Source: Alphaproteobacteria bacterium (GTDB taxonomy: Bacteria; Pseudomonadota; Alphaproteobacteria; RF32; CAG-239). Taken from it: a DNA stretch of 64,000 nucleotides. Positions 52,691 through 62,921 of this stretch are shown here, in pieces. The notes under the pieces are model-generated. The model saw only the letters and a program-made list of their open reading frames with translations, searched no databases and was not told where the DNA came from. How positions within the stretch are numbered: the stretch's first letter is position 1; each line of letters starts with the position of its first letter. Both the position numbers and the translations under genes were made by a program. Location: positions 325-64,324 of the forward strand of contig JAEEMQ010000024.1 in the NCBI GenBank assembly GCA_016283295.1. Direction: 5' to 3'.

Positions 52691-54775
52691 TTACTCCGGT
52701 TTTTTGATTTCCACCACGACGACGCTCCAGGCCGGCACGCTGAAAGCTTCGCCCGGATTGAGTTTTTTCCCGTTGATTTGTGCGGAACTGTCGAACACCG
52801 CTTCAACCGCCAGATTTTTGCAAAATGCCGGCAGATGCCATTCTTCCGCAACGGCATTGGCGTTACATATCAGCATATAAGAGCAGTTTTCCTGATATAC
52901 AAAACTGGCAATGCTGCGGCGATTTTCCAAATACCAATCGGCTGTTTCAAACTCGTTGCCGTCATTTTTAATCCACATCATATCTTTGACTTTGAAGCGC
53001 GCAAATTTTTCAACCAATCTGCCGTCAAAGAATTTCATCCGTTTAAAGATACCCATTTTCTTGCGCAGCATAATCAGTTTGCGCACAAAAGCCGTAAGGT
53101 CGTGACCTTCTTTATCGATGGCTTCCCACACCAGCCACGTCATCACATTATCCTGACAATACGGGTTATTGTTGCCGAATTGAGTGTTGCCGAATTCGTC
53201 GCCTGATACCAGCATCGGCGTACCGAAACTCATTAAGAGAGTTGCCAACATTGCTTTTTTGCGCAGCAAACGGTTGCGTCTGACTTCCGCATCGTCGCTT
53301 TTGCCTTCCTGTCCGGAATTCCAACTCCAGTTACAATCGTTACCGTCGCGGTTGCGCTCGCCGTTAACCATATTGTGTTTTTCGTTATAGCTGACCAAAT
53401 CGGTTAAGCTGAAGCCGTCATGCGACGTAATGAAATTGATGCTGCTCCAAATATCGCGATTGGCATAACCGAAAACATCGCTGGAACCGGAAATACGGCT
53501 GGCAAACTCGCCCACCTGTTTTTCATCGCCGCGCCAAAAACGTCTGACCACATCACGATAGCGATCGTTCCATTCCGCCCATCCTTGAGGGAATGCACCG
53601 ATTTGATAGCCGTCCATGGTGGCATCCCACGGCTCGGCAATCATCTTGCAGGAACGCAGGCTCGGGTCTTGTCTGGCCGCCAGCAAAAAGCCGCTGTCTT
53701 GCGTAAACTTGCCGCGAACCCGGCTCAGGCTGGTAGCCAAATCCAAGCGGAAACCGTCGACGTGCATCACATCATGCCAATATCTCAGCGAATCCATCAC
53801 CAGAGTCAACACATACGGATTTTGCAAATTAAACGAGGCGCCGCAACCGGTGGTATCAAAATAAAAACGTTTGTTTTCGGCCTGCAAAGTATAGTAGCTT
53901 TCGTTATCAATGCCGCGATAACACAGCGTCGGCCCCATCTGATTGCCCTCAATCGTGTGATTATAAACCACGTCCAAAATAACTTCTTTGTTGTGCTCGT
54001 GCAGGGTTTTGACCATTCGCTTGAATTCGTCGATATCGTTACCGACCATATATTTAGCTTCCGGAATAAAATACGACAGCGTTTCGTAGCCCCAAAAATT
54101 ATCGATATACATTCCGTCTTTTTCGCCGAAAAACGCAAACACCGGCAACAGTTCCACCGCCGTCACGCCGAGCCAATCCAAATAACTCGTAACGCAATCC
54201 GCGGTAAGCCCCAAAAATTTGCCGCGATTACGGGTCGGCACTTTCGGGTGCAACATAGTATAGCCGCGCACGTGCATTTCATAAATCACGCTTTGTTCAA
54301 ACGGAATCTGCGGATGCTTATCCCGTCCCCAATCAAAAGTATCGGCAACCACCACCGACTTCGGCACATAAGGAGCGCTGTCGAGAGTGCTGAACGACAA
54401 ATCCTTTTGCGCGCTGTCAACATCATAGCCGAACAGAGCCTTATGCCAAATCAATCTGCCGATAAGCTTTTTGGCATACGGGTCCAACAGCAGTTTATTC
54501 GGATTGAAGCGCTTGCCCTCCTCCGGCTTATACGGCCCGTAAACGCGGTATCCGTAAACCTGCTCCGGCTTGATTCCTTCCAGATAAATATGCCAAACGT
54601 TATTATCGTTTTCGTTGATACAAAAACGCTTTTCTTCTTTGGTTCCGGTAGCGTTGAACAAGCAAAGTTCCACCTTTTCGGCATTGGCGGAAAACAGAGC
54701 AAAATTGACACCCTTGCCGTCGTAAGTTGCGCCAAGAGGATATGCCCGTCCCGCTGAAACTTTTATCTCTTTCAT
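52691..54775 (-). CDS. glgX: glycogen debranching enzyme GlgX (GH13)
   Basis: N-terminus GRAYPLGATYDGKGVNFALFS. Catalytic motifs VILDVVYNHT, GFRLDLA and AEPWD. Confidence 0.9.
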   Translation of the reverse strand: MKEIKVSAGRAYPLGATYDGKGVNFALFSANAEKVELCLFNATGTKEEKRFCINENDNNVWHIYLEGIKPEQVYGYRVYGPYKPEEGKRFNPNKLLLDPYAKKLIGRLIWHKALFGYDVDSAQKDLSFSTLDSAPYVPKSVVVADTFDWGRDKHPQIPFEQSVIYEMHVRGYTMLHPKVPTRNRGKFLGLTADCVTSYLDWLGVTAVELLPVFAFFGEKDGMYIDNFWGYETLSYFIPEAKYMVGNDIDEFKRMVKTLHEHNKEVILDVVYNHTIEGNQMGPTLCYRGIDNESYYTLQAENKRFYFDTTGCGASFNLQNPYVLTLVMDSLRYWHDVMHVDGFRLDLATSLSRVRGKFTQDSGFLLAARQDPSLRSCKMIAEPWDATMDGYQIGAFPQGWAEWNDRYRDVVRRFWRGDEKQVGEFASRISGSSDVFGYANRDIWSSINFITSHDGFSLTDLVSYNEKHNMVNGERNRDGNDCNWSWNSGQEGKSDDAEVRRNRLLRKKAMLATLLMSFGTPMLVSGDEFGNTQFGNNNPYCQDNVMTWLVWEAIDKEGHDLTAFVRKLIMLRKKMGIFKRMKFFDGRLVEKFARFKVKDMMWIKNDGNEFETADWYLENRRSIASFVYQENCSYMLICNANAVAEEWHLPAFCKNLAVEAVFDSSAQINGKKLNPGEAFSVPAWSVVVVEIKKPE

Positions 54776-54782
54776 ATTGCCC

Positions 54783-56981
54783 CTATCTCAAAGGTTTTAA
54801 CACAATGGTAGAAAGCGGCGGCAATATCAATTCTATCGAATACGGTAAATTGTTGACGCCGTAATTCTGTGCCTGCTTCGGTCCTTCGTTGCGCACACCG
54901 CTGCCCCAATAATTTCTGTCGTCGCTGTTGAAAATTTCCTGATACGCACAAGCCTCACGCACCCCGACGCGGAAATTATGACGTACCACCGGCGTAAAGT
55001 TGCAAATCACAATTACATAATCGTCCGGATTGTGACCTTTGCGGAAGTACGAAATCACGCTGTCGTCGCAGTTGGCATAATCTATCCATTCAAACCCGCG
55101 CGAATCGAAATCTTCTTCATACAACGGCGCATTGCCCCGATACATCAAATTCAAATCGCGCACGCAGTTTTGCATACCCTGATACATCGGATATTGCAAC
55201 AAATGCCAACGCAGACTTTCGCCGGAATTCCATTCCCAATCCTGCGCAAATTCGTTGCCCATAAACAACAGTTTTTTGCCCGGATGAGTCCACATAAAGC
55301 CGTAATAAGCGCGCAAGCTGGCAAATTTTTGCCATTCGTCGCCCGGCATTTTAGAGAGCATTGAGCCCTTGCCGTGCACCACCTCGTCATGCGAAATCGG
55401 CAAAATAAAGTTTTCGTTGAAGGCATACAGCAACCCGAAAGTCAACAGGCCGTGATGATATTTGCGGTGTACCGGTTCATGGCTGATATAGCGCAACGTG
55501 TCGTTCATCCAACCCATGTTCCACTTAAAGCCGAAACCGAGACCGCCGGCCGAAACCGGACGCGATACCATCGGCCACGCGGTTGATTCTTCGGCACAAG
55601 AAAACGAGCCCGGAGATTGCGAATAAATCAGTTCGTTCATTTTGCGCAAAAAGGCGATTGCCTCCAGATTCTCGTTACCGCCGTAAACATTCGGAATCCA
55701 CTCGCCGGACTTACGCGAATAATCCAAATAAAGCATTGAAGCCACCGCATCAACCCGCAAACCGTCGATATGAAATTCCTTGAGCCAATAAAGCGCACTC
55801 ACGCATAAAAAGTTGCAAACTTCGGTGCGGCCGAAATTATAAATTTTGGTGCCCCAATCTTTTTGCTCGCCCTTACGCGGATCGGCATGTTCGTATAAAC
55901 AGGTACCGTCAAACTCGGCCAAACCGTGCCCGTCTTTCGGGAAATGCGCCGGCACCCAATCCATAATCACACCGATGCCTGCCTGATGGAATTTATCAAT
56001 CATATAACGAAAATCGTCCGGATTACCGAAGCGCGAAGTCGGCGCAAACAAACCGGTAATCTGATATCCCCACGAGGCGTCGAGCGGGTGCTCACACAGC
56101 GGCAGAAATTCAACATGAGTAAAGCCCATATTGCTGACGTACGGCACCAGTCTATCGGCAAATTCGCGATAGGTCAAAAACTCGGATCCGTTATCGCCTT
56201 TGCGCCGCCATGAACCCAGGTGCACTTCATAAATCGACATCGGTTTATCATAAATATTGTTGTTGGCCCGATAATTAAGCCAAGCTTCATCGCCCCATTT
56301 ATAATGATTTATATCAAACACAATCGAGGCAGTTTTCGGGCGCATTTCGGAAAATGTTGCCATCGGGTCGGCTTTACTCAAAATATGGCCTTCATAAGTT
56401 TTGACCTCAAACTTATAATATTCGCCTTCCACCAAATTCGGAATAAAAATATCCCAAATACCGCAGCTGATGTGTTTGCGCATCACATTGATACGACCGT
56501 CCCAGTTGTTGAAACTGCCGACCACCGATACGCGTTTGGCATTCGGAGCCCATACCGCAAAAGCAACACCTTTGACCCCGTCCATTTCAATCAGGTGCGC
56601 GCCGAGTTTTTTATACATTTCGCGATGGTTACCCTGCGCAAACAAATAGGCATCAATATCACCGATGGTTGCCGGAAAACGATACACGTCTTCGGCTTCG
56701 TAAACATGACCTTGGTCATTGGTGATTTTGAACTTGTATTTGAATTCTTCGGTTTTATCCGAATTGAATTGGAAAAAGCCGCGATCATCAATCTTCGTCA
56801 TTTTACCGAGAGATTTTTTGGCGGCATCAATTACTTCTATTTCTGTAGCAAACGGTTGATACGCACGAATAAAAACTTTTTTGCTTCCCTTGTCGCGGTG
56901 TATTCCCAAAACCGCAAAAACATTTCCGTGATCACCGTTGATAATGGCGTCGATTTCTTCTTTAGGCAACATATTATCCAT
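54783..56981 (-). CDS. glgB: 1,4-alpha-glucan branching enzyme GlgB (GH13)
   Basis: 732 aa. Motifs VIMDWVPAHF, GLRVDAVASMLY and FILPISHDEVVHGK. Confidence 0.92.
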   Translation of the reverse strand: MDNMLPKEEIDAIINGDHGNVFAVLGIHRDKGSKKVFIRAYQPFATEIEVIDAAKKSLGKMTKIDDRGFFQFNSDKTEEFKYKFKITNDQGHVYEAEDVYRFPATIGDIDAYLFAQGNHREMYKKLGAHLIEMDGVKGVAFAVWAPNAKRVSVVGSFNNWDGRINVMRKHISCGIWDIFIPNLVEGEYYKFEVKTYEGHILSKADPMATFSEMRPKTASIVFDINHYKWGDEAWLNYRANNNIYDKPMSIYEVHLGSWRRKGDNGSEFLTYREFADRLVPYVSNMGFTHVEFLPLCEHPLDASWGYQITGLFAPTSRFGNPDDFRYMIDKFHQAGIGVIMDWVPAHFPKDGHGLAEFDGTCLYEHADPRKGEQKDWGTKIYNFGRTEVCNFLCVSALYWLKEFHIDGLRVDAVASMLYLDYSRKSGEWIPNVYGGNENLEAIAFLRKMNELIYSQSPGSFSCAEESTAWPMVSRPVSAGGLGFGFKWNMGWMNDTLRYISHEPVHRKYHHGLLTFGLLYAFNENFILPISHDEVVHGKGSMLSKMPGDEWQKFASLRAYYGFMWTHPGKKLLFMGNEFAQDWEWNSGESLRWHLLQYPMYQGMQNCVRDLNLMYRGNAPLYEEDFDSRGFEWIDYANCDDSVISYFRKGHNPDDYVIVICNFTPVVRHNFRVGVREACAYQEIFNSDDRNYWGSGVRNEGPKQAQNYGVNNLPYSIELILPPLSTIVLKPLR

Positions 56982-57287
56982 AATAAACTCCTGTGTGATA
57001 AGACCGAATCGTCAGTCGCTACAATCCTTATAAAATATTCGTTATATCTATATCTGTTTATCGGCAAAATTGCAAGTAAAATTACTAAAAAAAAGTATGT
57101 TTGTTTTAGCGGCAACAATAATAAATATTTTCAAAGATTTTATTTTCAAACCTTAATAAACAATTAATTTACACACACCGAATTTTTCCGAATTTAGGTA
57201 TTGACGCTTTTAAAAAAGTGATTATACTGGAAAACGGTTATATAAACTATTGGTAAATTATATTTAAATTTATTAGGAGAAATAACA

Positions 57288-57524
57288 ATGTCTACGACGA
57301 AAAAATCATACAACGAAAATTACATCCGTGAAGCAGCTTATTACTGCTGGAAAAATGCCGGTTGTCCGTGGGGCCAGGATGAATATTTCTGGAACATGGC
57401 TATTAAACAGCTTTACGGTTCCAGCTGCCCGAAATCTTCTTGCAGCACATCTTCTTGCTCTTCTTCCAGCAAAAAGAGCTCTACAACTTCTTCGAAGAAA
57501 ACTTCTACCCCGAGCAAAAAATAA
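57288..57524 (+). CDS. DUF2934-like small protein with a Ser/Cys-rich tail
   Basis: YIREAAYYCWKNAGCPWGQDEYFWNMA fits the DUF2934 pattern. AGGAGAA ribosome-binding site. The tail is SSCPKSSCSTSSCSSSSKKSS.... Confidence 0.55.
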   Translation: MSTTKKSYNENYIREAAYYCWKNAGCPWGQDEYFWNMAIKQLYGSSCPKSSCSTSSCSSSSKKSSTTSSKKTSTPSKK

Positions 57525-57611
57525 TTTAAGAAACATATATTAAGTGCATTGTTTCTGAAAATATCCGCTTATGTTTTTAAGCGGATATTTTTTTATGACT
57601 TTCTGTTGAGA

Positions 57612-58433
57612 TTAATCAAAAATGTCGTTACCCAAAAACTCGGTCATCAACTTCTTTTTATCCGACGAATCCTTGTCATCCATCTGCACCTTAATCCGCG
57701 CCGCCGCCTTTTTTTCAGCTGCGGCTTTTCTTTGAGCGCGCGATATTTCACGTTCTTTTTGCCGTTCGGCGCGTTTTTTCTCCGCTTCGGCGCGAGCAAT
57801 TTGTTTTAAGCGTTCCTGCTCGGCTTTCAGCTCGTCTTTGGTAATGATGAAAGTGTTGAAAAATTCCAATGCAAACTTATAAATAATCGCTTTTCTTTTT
57901 TTGATGTCGTTATCGTTAAGCGTTATTTTATCCTGCTCGCTCAAACCGGAATCAATAACAAAATCATAAACCGGAATGGTGCGCTCAAACCACGACTTTA
58001 CCTGGATATTGTTGGTGGTTTCGATATAAGGCGTATCGCCGGTGCCGCTGGAATGAATATGCGCCAAATCGGTAGCGCCGGAGGTAATGTCAACAAAAAC
58101 CTCGCAGGTGCGCCAGGCTTCGTGCCGACCTTCGGTGTTGTAATAGTAGCGGTTGTGAGCGGCAAAAGAGGTCATAACATACAGCATGCCCTCGGAGCTG
58201 AGGGCTTTTTTGATAATCGGCACCACATAATATTTGGATTGACTGCATTGATGCGCTGCCTCGTGCTGAGTTTCCGGTTTGGTTCCGGAAATTGACCACG
58301 TCGCAACCGCAAACCGCTTGCGACTGAAAATACCACCGGTCGAAACAACCCGAAAACCGGAAAACTCTATTTCCTGATTATAATGCTGCTTATAATGCGC
58401 TTCCAAATCCTGTTTTGATATCGTAATTGCCAT
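57612..58433 (-). CDS. 273-aa hypothetical protein with a Lys/Ala/Glu-rich C-terminal coiled coil
   Basis: ORF with coding-like composition. No recognisable domain. Confidence 0.45.
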   Translation of the reverse strand: MAITISKQDLEAHYKQHYNQEIEFSGFRVVSTGGIFSRKRFAVATWSISGTKPETQHEAAHQCSQSKYYVVPIIKKALSSEGMLYVMTSFAAHNRYYYNTEGRHEAWRTCEVFVDITSGATDLAHIHSSGTGDTPYIETTNNIQVKSWFERTIPVYDFVIDSGLSEQDKITLNDNDIKKRKAIIYKFALEFFNTFIITKDELKAEQERLKQIARAEAEKKRAERQKEREISRAQRKAAAEKKAAARIKVQMDDKDSSDKKKLMTEFLGNDIFD

Positions 58434-58566
58434 AATATTTTACCTCTGATTAAGCTCAGCTTAAAATAAAAAATCAAACTTTGCAAGAGTGATAAAAATT
58501 TTTTTACGCGGCATAGAAAATAGTGCTCACATAAACTGCGCAGAATGGCTCCGATAGAAAAAGAGC

Positions 58567-58852
58567 GTTTTGCGCGGTGTACACAAAAGGTACACACACC
58601 AAAAAAACTCGGATAACGCGGTAAATACGACGGAAGTCTGTTTGCGCGGTGTACACAAAAGGTACACACACCAAAAAACTCGGATAACGCGGTAAATACG
58701 AAGGAAGTCTGTTTGCGCGGTGTACACAAAAGGTACACACACCAAAAAAACTCGGATAACGCGGTAAATACGACGGAAGTCTGTTTGTGCGGTGTACACA
58801 AAAGGTACATAAGCAAACAGACTTCCTAGTAGTTACCCGTTATACGAGTTTC
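58567..58852. repeat. 71-73-bp tandem repeat (3.4 copies) ending in an inverted copy that forms a long hairpin
   Basis: Units start at 58567, 58640, 58711 and 58783 (the last is partial). GCAAACAGACTTCC..TTACCCGTTATACGAG (58813-58849) is the imperfect reverse complement of the preceding unit's 3' part. The element lies 5 nt beyond the rpsA stop. Confidence 0.85.
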
Positions 58853-58856
58853 TTAA

Positions 58857-60539
58857 TTAGTTGGCTTTTTTCAAGGCCTCACCCAAAGCCTCTCCGAGCG
58901 ATGAACCGCCGGAAGTGTTGGAATATTCTTCCAAAACTTTCTTTTCTTCATCTACTTCGAGAGCCTTGATGGACAAGCCGATTTTTACGTTCTTCTTGTC
59001 AACCGAGGTTACTTTGGCTTCTACGGTGTCGCCTTCGTTGAAGTTAGCCGGATTTTGCAAAGCCTTATCCTTCGAGAGGTCGGCTTTCTTGATTATGGCG
59101 TTCAAACCTTCAACTTCAACGGTGATACCTTTATCATCGATTTCCTTTACTACAGCCTTTACGGTATCGCCCTTCTTGATGCTGGCGAGTGCCTGATTTA
59201 CGCTGTCTTCGGAAAGCTGTTTAATGCCGAGGCTGATGCGCTCTTTTTCAACATCAACATCGATGATTTTAGCTTCGATTTCCTGACCCTTGGTATAGTC
59301 TTTAACAGCTTCTTCGCCGGACTTTTCCCAAGAGATATCGGAAAGGTGAATCATACCGTCGATTTCATCGGTCAAACCGATAAACAAACCGAATTCGGTA
59401 ATGTTCTTGATTTTGCCGGTAATAACCGAGCCGACCGGATGCTCTTCAACATAAGCAGCCCACGGGTTCGGTTGGCATTGTTTAATGCCGAGGCTGATAC
59501 GACGTTTGTCGGCATCAACTTCCAAAACCTTAACTTCAACTTCTTCGGAAGTAGAAACGATTTTGCCCGGATGAACGTTCTTTCTGGTCCAGCTCATTTC
59601 GGAAACGTGTACCAAACCTTCGATACCGTCTTCGAGTTCAACAAACGCGCCGTAATCGGTAATGTTGGTGACTTTACCTTTGTAAATTTCATCAACTTTA
59701 TACTTATCGGCAACTGCCTGCCACGGGTCGTTTTCAAGCTGTTTCATACCGAGGCTGATACGTTGTGTATCTTCGTTGAAACGAATCACCTGAACTTTTA
59801 CGTTTTGACCAACCGTCAAAACTTCGGCCGGATGATTGATGCGTTTCCAAGAAATATCGGTAACGTGCAACAAACCGTCAACGCCGCCGAGGTCAATAAA
59901 CGCACCGTAATCGGTAATGTTTTTAACCACACCATCAAGAATAGCGCCTTCTTTAATGCCGTCAATCAATTCGGCACGAGCTTCGGCTCTGGTTTCTTCT
60001 AAGACAACACGACGCGAAACAACGATGTTGCCGCGAACCTTATCCATCTTCAAAATTTGGAACGGTTGGGAAATACCCATCAAAGGAGTAATGTCTCTAA
60101 TCGGGCGAATATCAATTTGCGAACCCGGCAAGAAAGCGATTGCGCCGTTCAAATCAACCGTAAAGCCGCCTTTAACGCGACCGAAAATGATACCGTTAAC
60201 ACGTTCACCGGCGTTCATGGATTTTTCAAGATCAACCCATACTTCTTCACGGCGAGCTTTTTCACGAGAAAGTACAATGTTGCCGTCTTTGTCTTCATAT
60301 CTGTCAACCAAAACTTCAACAACATCGCCGACTTTAAGTTCCGGATTGGTGCCGAATTCGCGCACCGGAATGTTGCCCTCGGATTTGAGGCCGACATCAA
60401 CCGTAACATAGTCATCGGAAATTCTAACGATTGTACCCTTAACAACGGTACCCAAGATGCCGTTTTCACCGAATTGTTCGTTCAAAAGATCTGCGAAATT
60501 TTCGGTCATTTCCGGCATTTTAAATTCTGTATTTGTCAT
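58857..60539 (-). CDS. rpsA: 30S ribosomal protein S1
   Basis: 560 aa with six S1 domains (repeated G.V..I..FGAF). Confidence 0.95.
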   Translation of the reverse strand: MTNTEFKMPEMTENFADLLNEQFGENGILGTVVKGTIVRISDDYVTVDVGLKSEGNIPVREFGTNPELKVGDVVEVLVDRYEDKDGNIVLSREKARREEVWVDLEKSMNAGERVNGIIFGRVKGGFTVDLNGAIAFLPGSQIDIRPIRDITPLMGISQPFQILKMDKVRGNIVVSRRVVLEETRAEARAELIDGIKEGAILDGVVKNITDYGAFIDLGGVDGLLHVTDISWKRINHPAEVLTVGQNVKVQVIRFNEDTQRISLGMKQLENDPWQAVADKYKVDEIYKGKVTNITDYGAFVELEDGIEGLVHVSEMSWTRKNVHPGKIVSTSEEVEVKVLEVDADKRRISLGIKQCQPNPWAAYVEEHPVGSVITGKIKNITEFGLFIGLTDEIDGMIHLSDISWEKSGEEAVKDYTKGQEIEAKIIDVDVEKERISLGIKQLSEDSVNQALASIKKGDTVKAVVKEIDDKGITVEVEGLNAIIKKADLSKDKALQNPANFNEGDTVEAKVTSVDKKNVKIGLSIKALEVDEEKKVLEEYSNTSGGSSLGEALGEALKKAN

Positions 60540-60786
60540 ATAAATTTAGTTTTCAAAAAATTGCCAACTTTCATAAAAGCGGACTTGTGCGAGGTTAAAC
60601 CACAGCCGTTTTCGAGCGCACCCTCAAAAACAACTGCCTTTCTTATACACAAAAAATATTATTTTTCAAGCATTTTTTTACGCGTTTTGCAGATTTTTTT
60701 CATAATCGTCGCCTATTGACAAAGAACAATATTGTGCTATATTCGGCGCAAATTTCAATTATTGTTTCATAAAAACTATTCTGCCT

Positions 60787-61581
60787 ATGATTAAAATTGG
60801 TATTGTAGGTGCATTGAGTCCGTTAGGGCAAGAAATGCTCACTTTATTAGCCGGTGACTGCGAAGTGGTTTGGGCGGTTGACGAGCATTATGAGGCCGAC
60901 GATCCGCAAAAAAATCAATTCACGGACTTTGAAACGGCTTTGCTTTATGCTCGGCCGGATATTGTCCTTGATTTCGCGGCATACGGTTCTCTCCGACAGC
61001 GAATTGAAGCCTATCGTATCTGCAGTATTCCCGCCATTGTGCAAGGTGTATTGCCCAAAGAAGAAATTGCCGCGTTGGAAAAGAAGACTTGGGACGGTGT
61101 TTGCGCACCCGTAATCCTCGAGCCGGATTTCTCAACCGTGATTACGCAGGAGGTGAAAAATCTTTTGTGCCAAACTCATCATCTTATGAACTCGGTGCAG
61201 AGTATTCGCGTGGATATACGGCATAACTCCGATATTGAGCTCGTGCGCTCATCATGGTTGCATTGGGCAGAGACGCTGAATTCCATTATCGGTGACTATG
61301 CAGAATCTCCAACCGGCGACAAGACAAAGTTCAGCTTGGGCTGTGTGAATGTCCACTGCCATTATGCTCCCGAACTGCCGCAAGATGAGGAGGTTATCAA
61401 TATTGAGCTTATCTTTGATGATGCCAAAGGCAGTTTAATCAGCAACATTGTCTGCCCGCTGTTGCCAACGCGAGTTGACGGTGTGTTGCTCCTGTTGGAG
61501 TGGTATATCGCCCAGCGCGAGATTAACCAGAGCCTGGTGATGGGAGAGATCTCAACCGATATGTTGGCGCTGTTGATTTGA
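60787..61581 (+). CDS. DapB-like (dihydrodipicolinate-reductase-fold) protein, divergent
   Basis: N-terminus KIGIVGALSPLGQEM. DIVLDFAAY and EPDFSTV align with the DapB landmarks DVLIDFT and APNFS. The HH..K.DAPSGTA catalytic block is not recognisable. Confidence 0.35.
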   Translation: MIKIGIVGALSPLGQEMLTLLAGDCEVVWAVDEHYEADDPQKNQFTDFETALLYARPDIVLDFAAYGSLRQRIEAYRICSIPAIVQGVLPKEEIAALEKKTWDGVCAPVILEPDFSTVITQEVKNLLCQTHHLMNSVQSIRVDIRHNSDIELVRSSWLHWAETLNSIIGDYAESPTGDKTKFSLGCVNVHCHYAPELPQDEEVINIELIFDDAKGSLISNIVCPLLPTRVDGVLLLLEWYIAQREINQSLVMGEISTDMLALLI

Positions 61582-61597
61582 CCTGCATGACTTTTAA

Positions 61598-61636
61598 AAG
61601 AAGCCGTCTGTTGATTCAGACGACTTCTTTTTTTGC
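61598..61636. terminator. bidirectional terminator
   Basis: AAGAAGCCGTCTG ttgatt CAGACGACTTCTT, flanked by A-run and T-run. Lies between convergent genes. Confidence 0.7.
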
Positions 61637-61640
61637 ATTT

Positions 61641-62135
61641 TTATTCCTTGCAGGTTTGTTCGATATCGGCGAGAAAGTCCTCGAGTTCCTGTTCGTGCTC
61701 GATTTCTTCCTTTAAGATTTTCTCGGAAATACGATAGGTTTCATAATCGCGGCCGTGGGTCATCTCGCAAATCCCCTCATAGCGACCGACGGCGCAACGT
61801 TCGGCCTCCAGATTATCGTGCAACAACGCCGTCACGTTGAAGTCGTGCGGCGTGATATATTTACAATGCGCCAACTCGTTCCAGCTCATCGGCTCCAGCA
61901 CCGGCACTCCGCCCAGTTGAATAATGCGCTCTGCCAGCCAATCGGCGTGTTTCAATTCTTCCGCCGCATGCTCGGCAAACTCCTCCTCAATTTTGGCGCG
62001 CTCCTGCCCGTAGGCAATTTTGGCCGCCACCCAGTATTGATAATAGGCCAGCCACTCCTCGGCGTATGCTTCATTTAATACTTTAAGTAAATTCTCTATA
62101 TCGACTTTAGCGATTTTTTTAGCCATTTCTCCCAT
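61641..62135 (-). CDS. ferritin-like diiron protein (bacterioferritin/DpsL-like)
   Basis: Start MGEMAKK at 62135 after AAGGAGAAAAATT. Motifs AEEWLAYYQYW and EHAAEELKHADWLAERI. Confidence 0.7.
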   Translation of the reverse strand: MGEMAKKIAKVDIENLLKVLNEAYAEEWLAYYQYWVAAKIAYGQERAKIEEEFAEHAAEELKHADWLAERIIQLGGVPVLEPMSWNELAHCKYITPHDFNVTALLHDNLEAERCAVGRYEGICEMTHGRDYETYRISEKILKEEIEHEQELEDFLADIEQTCKE

Positions 62136-62270
62136 AATTTTTCTCCTTTGCTGTTTGTTATACGTCGCAAAAAGTAATCGCTGAAACGCAAAAATCAATA
62201 TCACTTTATGCTTGAAATTTTACGACATATTAACTTTCCGACATTATATTATAGGGCAAAGGAGAGCGCG

Positions 62271-62921
62271 ATGATTTTGGTTGCACCGAGTATATTGGCC
62301 GCCGATTACGGTCGCTTGCATCAGCAAATCAATATGGTTGAAAATGCCGGTGCCGATTGGCTGCACTTTGATATTATGGACGGACATTTTGTGCCGAACT
62401 TAAGTTACGGTGCCGATTTGGTGCGGCAAATGCGACCGGTCAGCACGTTGTTTTTCGATGTGCATCTGATGGTGGAAGAACCGCTTAATTTTCTGCCGAT
62501 GTTTGAGCATTGCGGCGCCGACCAGATTACGGTGCATTATGAAGCCTGCTCCGATTTGCCGGCGGTTATATCTTATTTGAAACAGCGGCATATCAAGGTC
62601 GGCATTTCGCTCAAACCGAGTACTCCGGCCAAGGTGTTAAAACCGTACCTCGACGATATCGACAATGTTTTGATTATGACGGTGGAACCGGGGTTCGGCG
62701 GTCAGGCCTTTATGCCGGATATGCTGCAAAAAATCAAAGAAGCGGCGCAGCTCATCAACGATCAAACCGTTACGCTTGAAGTTGACGGCGGCATAAATCC
62801 GCAAACGGCCGAATTGTGTTTTGAGGCCGGCGCCGATGTTTTTGTGGCCGGTAATGCCGTATTTAAGGCACAAAATCCGGCGGAAATTATAAAACAACTG
62901 CATCTTTTGGGAGAAAAATAA
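62271..62921 (+). CDS. rpe: ribulose-phosphate 3-epimerase
   Basis: MILVAPSILAADYGRL...HFDIMDGHFVPN...MTVEPGFGGQ. AGGAG ribosome-binding site before the ATG at 62271; the track ORF starts earlier. Confidence 0.9.
   Translation: MILVAPSILAADYGRLHQQINMVENAGADWLHFDIMDGHFVPNLSYGADLVRQMRPVSTLFFDVHLMVEEPLNFLPMFEHCGADQITVHYEACSDLPAVISYLKQRHIKVGISLKPSTPAKVLKPYLDDIDNVLIMTVEPGFGGQAFMPDMLQKIKEAAQLINDQTVTLEVDGGINPQTAELCFEAGADVFVAGNAVFKAQNPAEIIKQLHLLGEK

Noticed and set aside
53420-54757. 445-aa plus-strand ORF, along with other long antisense ORFs (38433..39386 and 39852..40523 in adhE; 56220..57167 in glgB; 59055..60002 and 60057..60719 in rpsA; 33485..34387 in the lol permease gene; 29748..30668 in the CNNM gene; 36244..37077)
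   Set aside because: These are shadow ORFs on the strand opposite to genes with unmistakable family motifs. Their translations are low-complexity (rich in R, H, N, F, I) with no recognisable domains.
58367-58816. Minus-strand ORFs (58367..58816, 58504..58740, 58527..58799) and a possible CRISPR array in the 72-bp repeat region
   Set aside because: The periodic peptides come from translating the tandem repeat. The units are contiguous with no unique spacers, so it is neither coding nor a CRISPR array.
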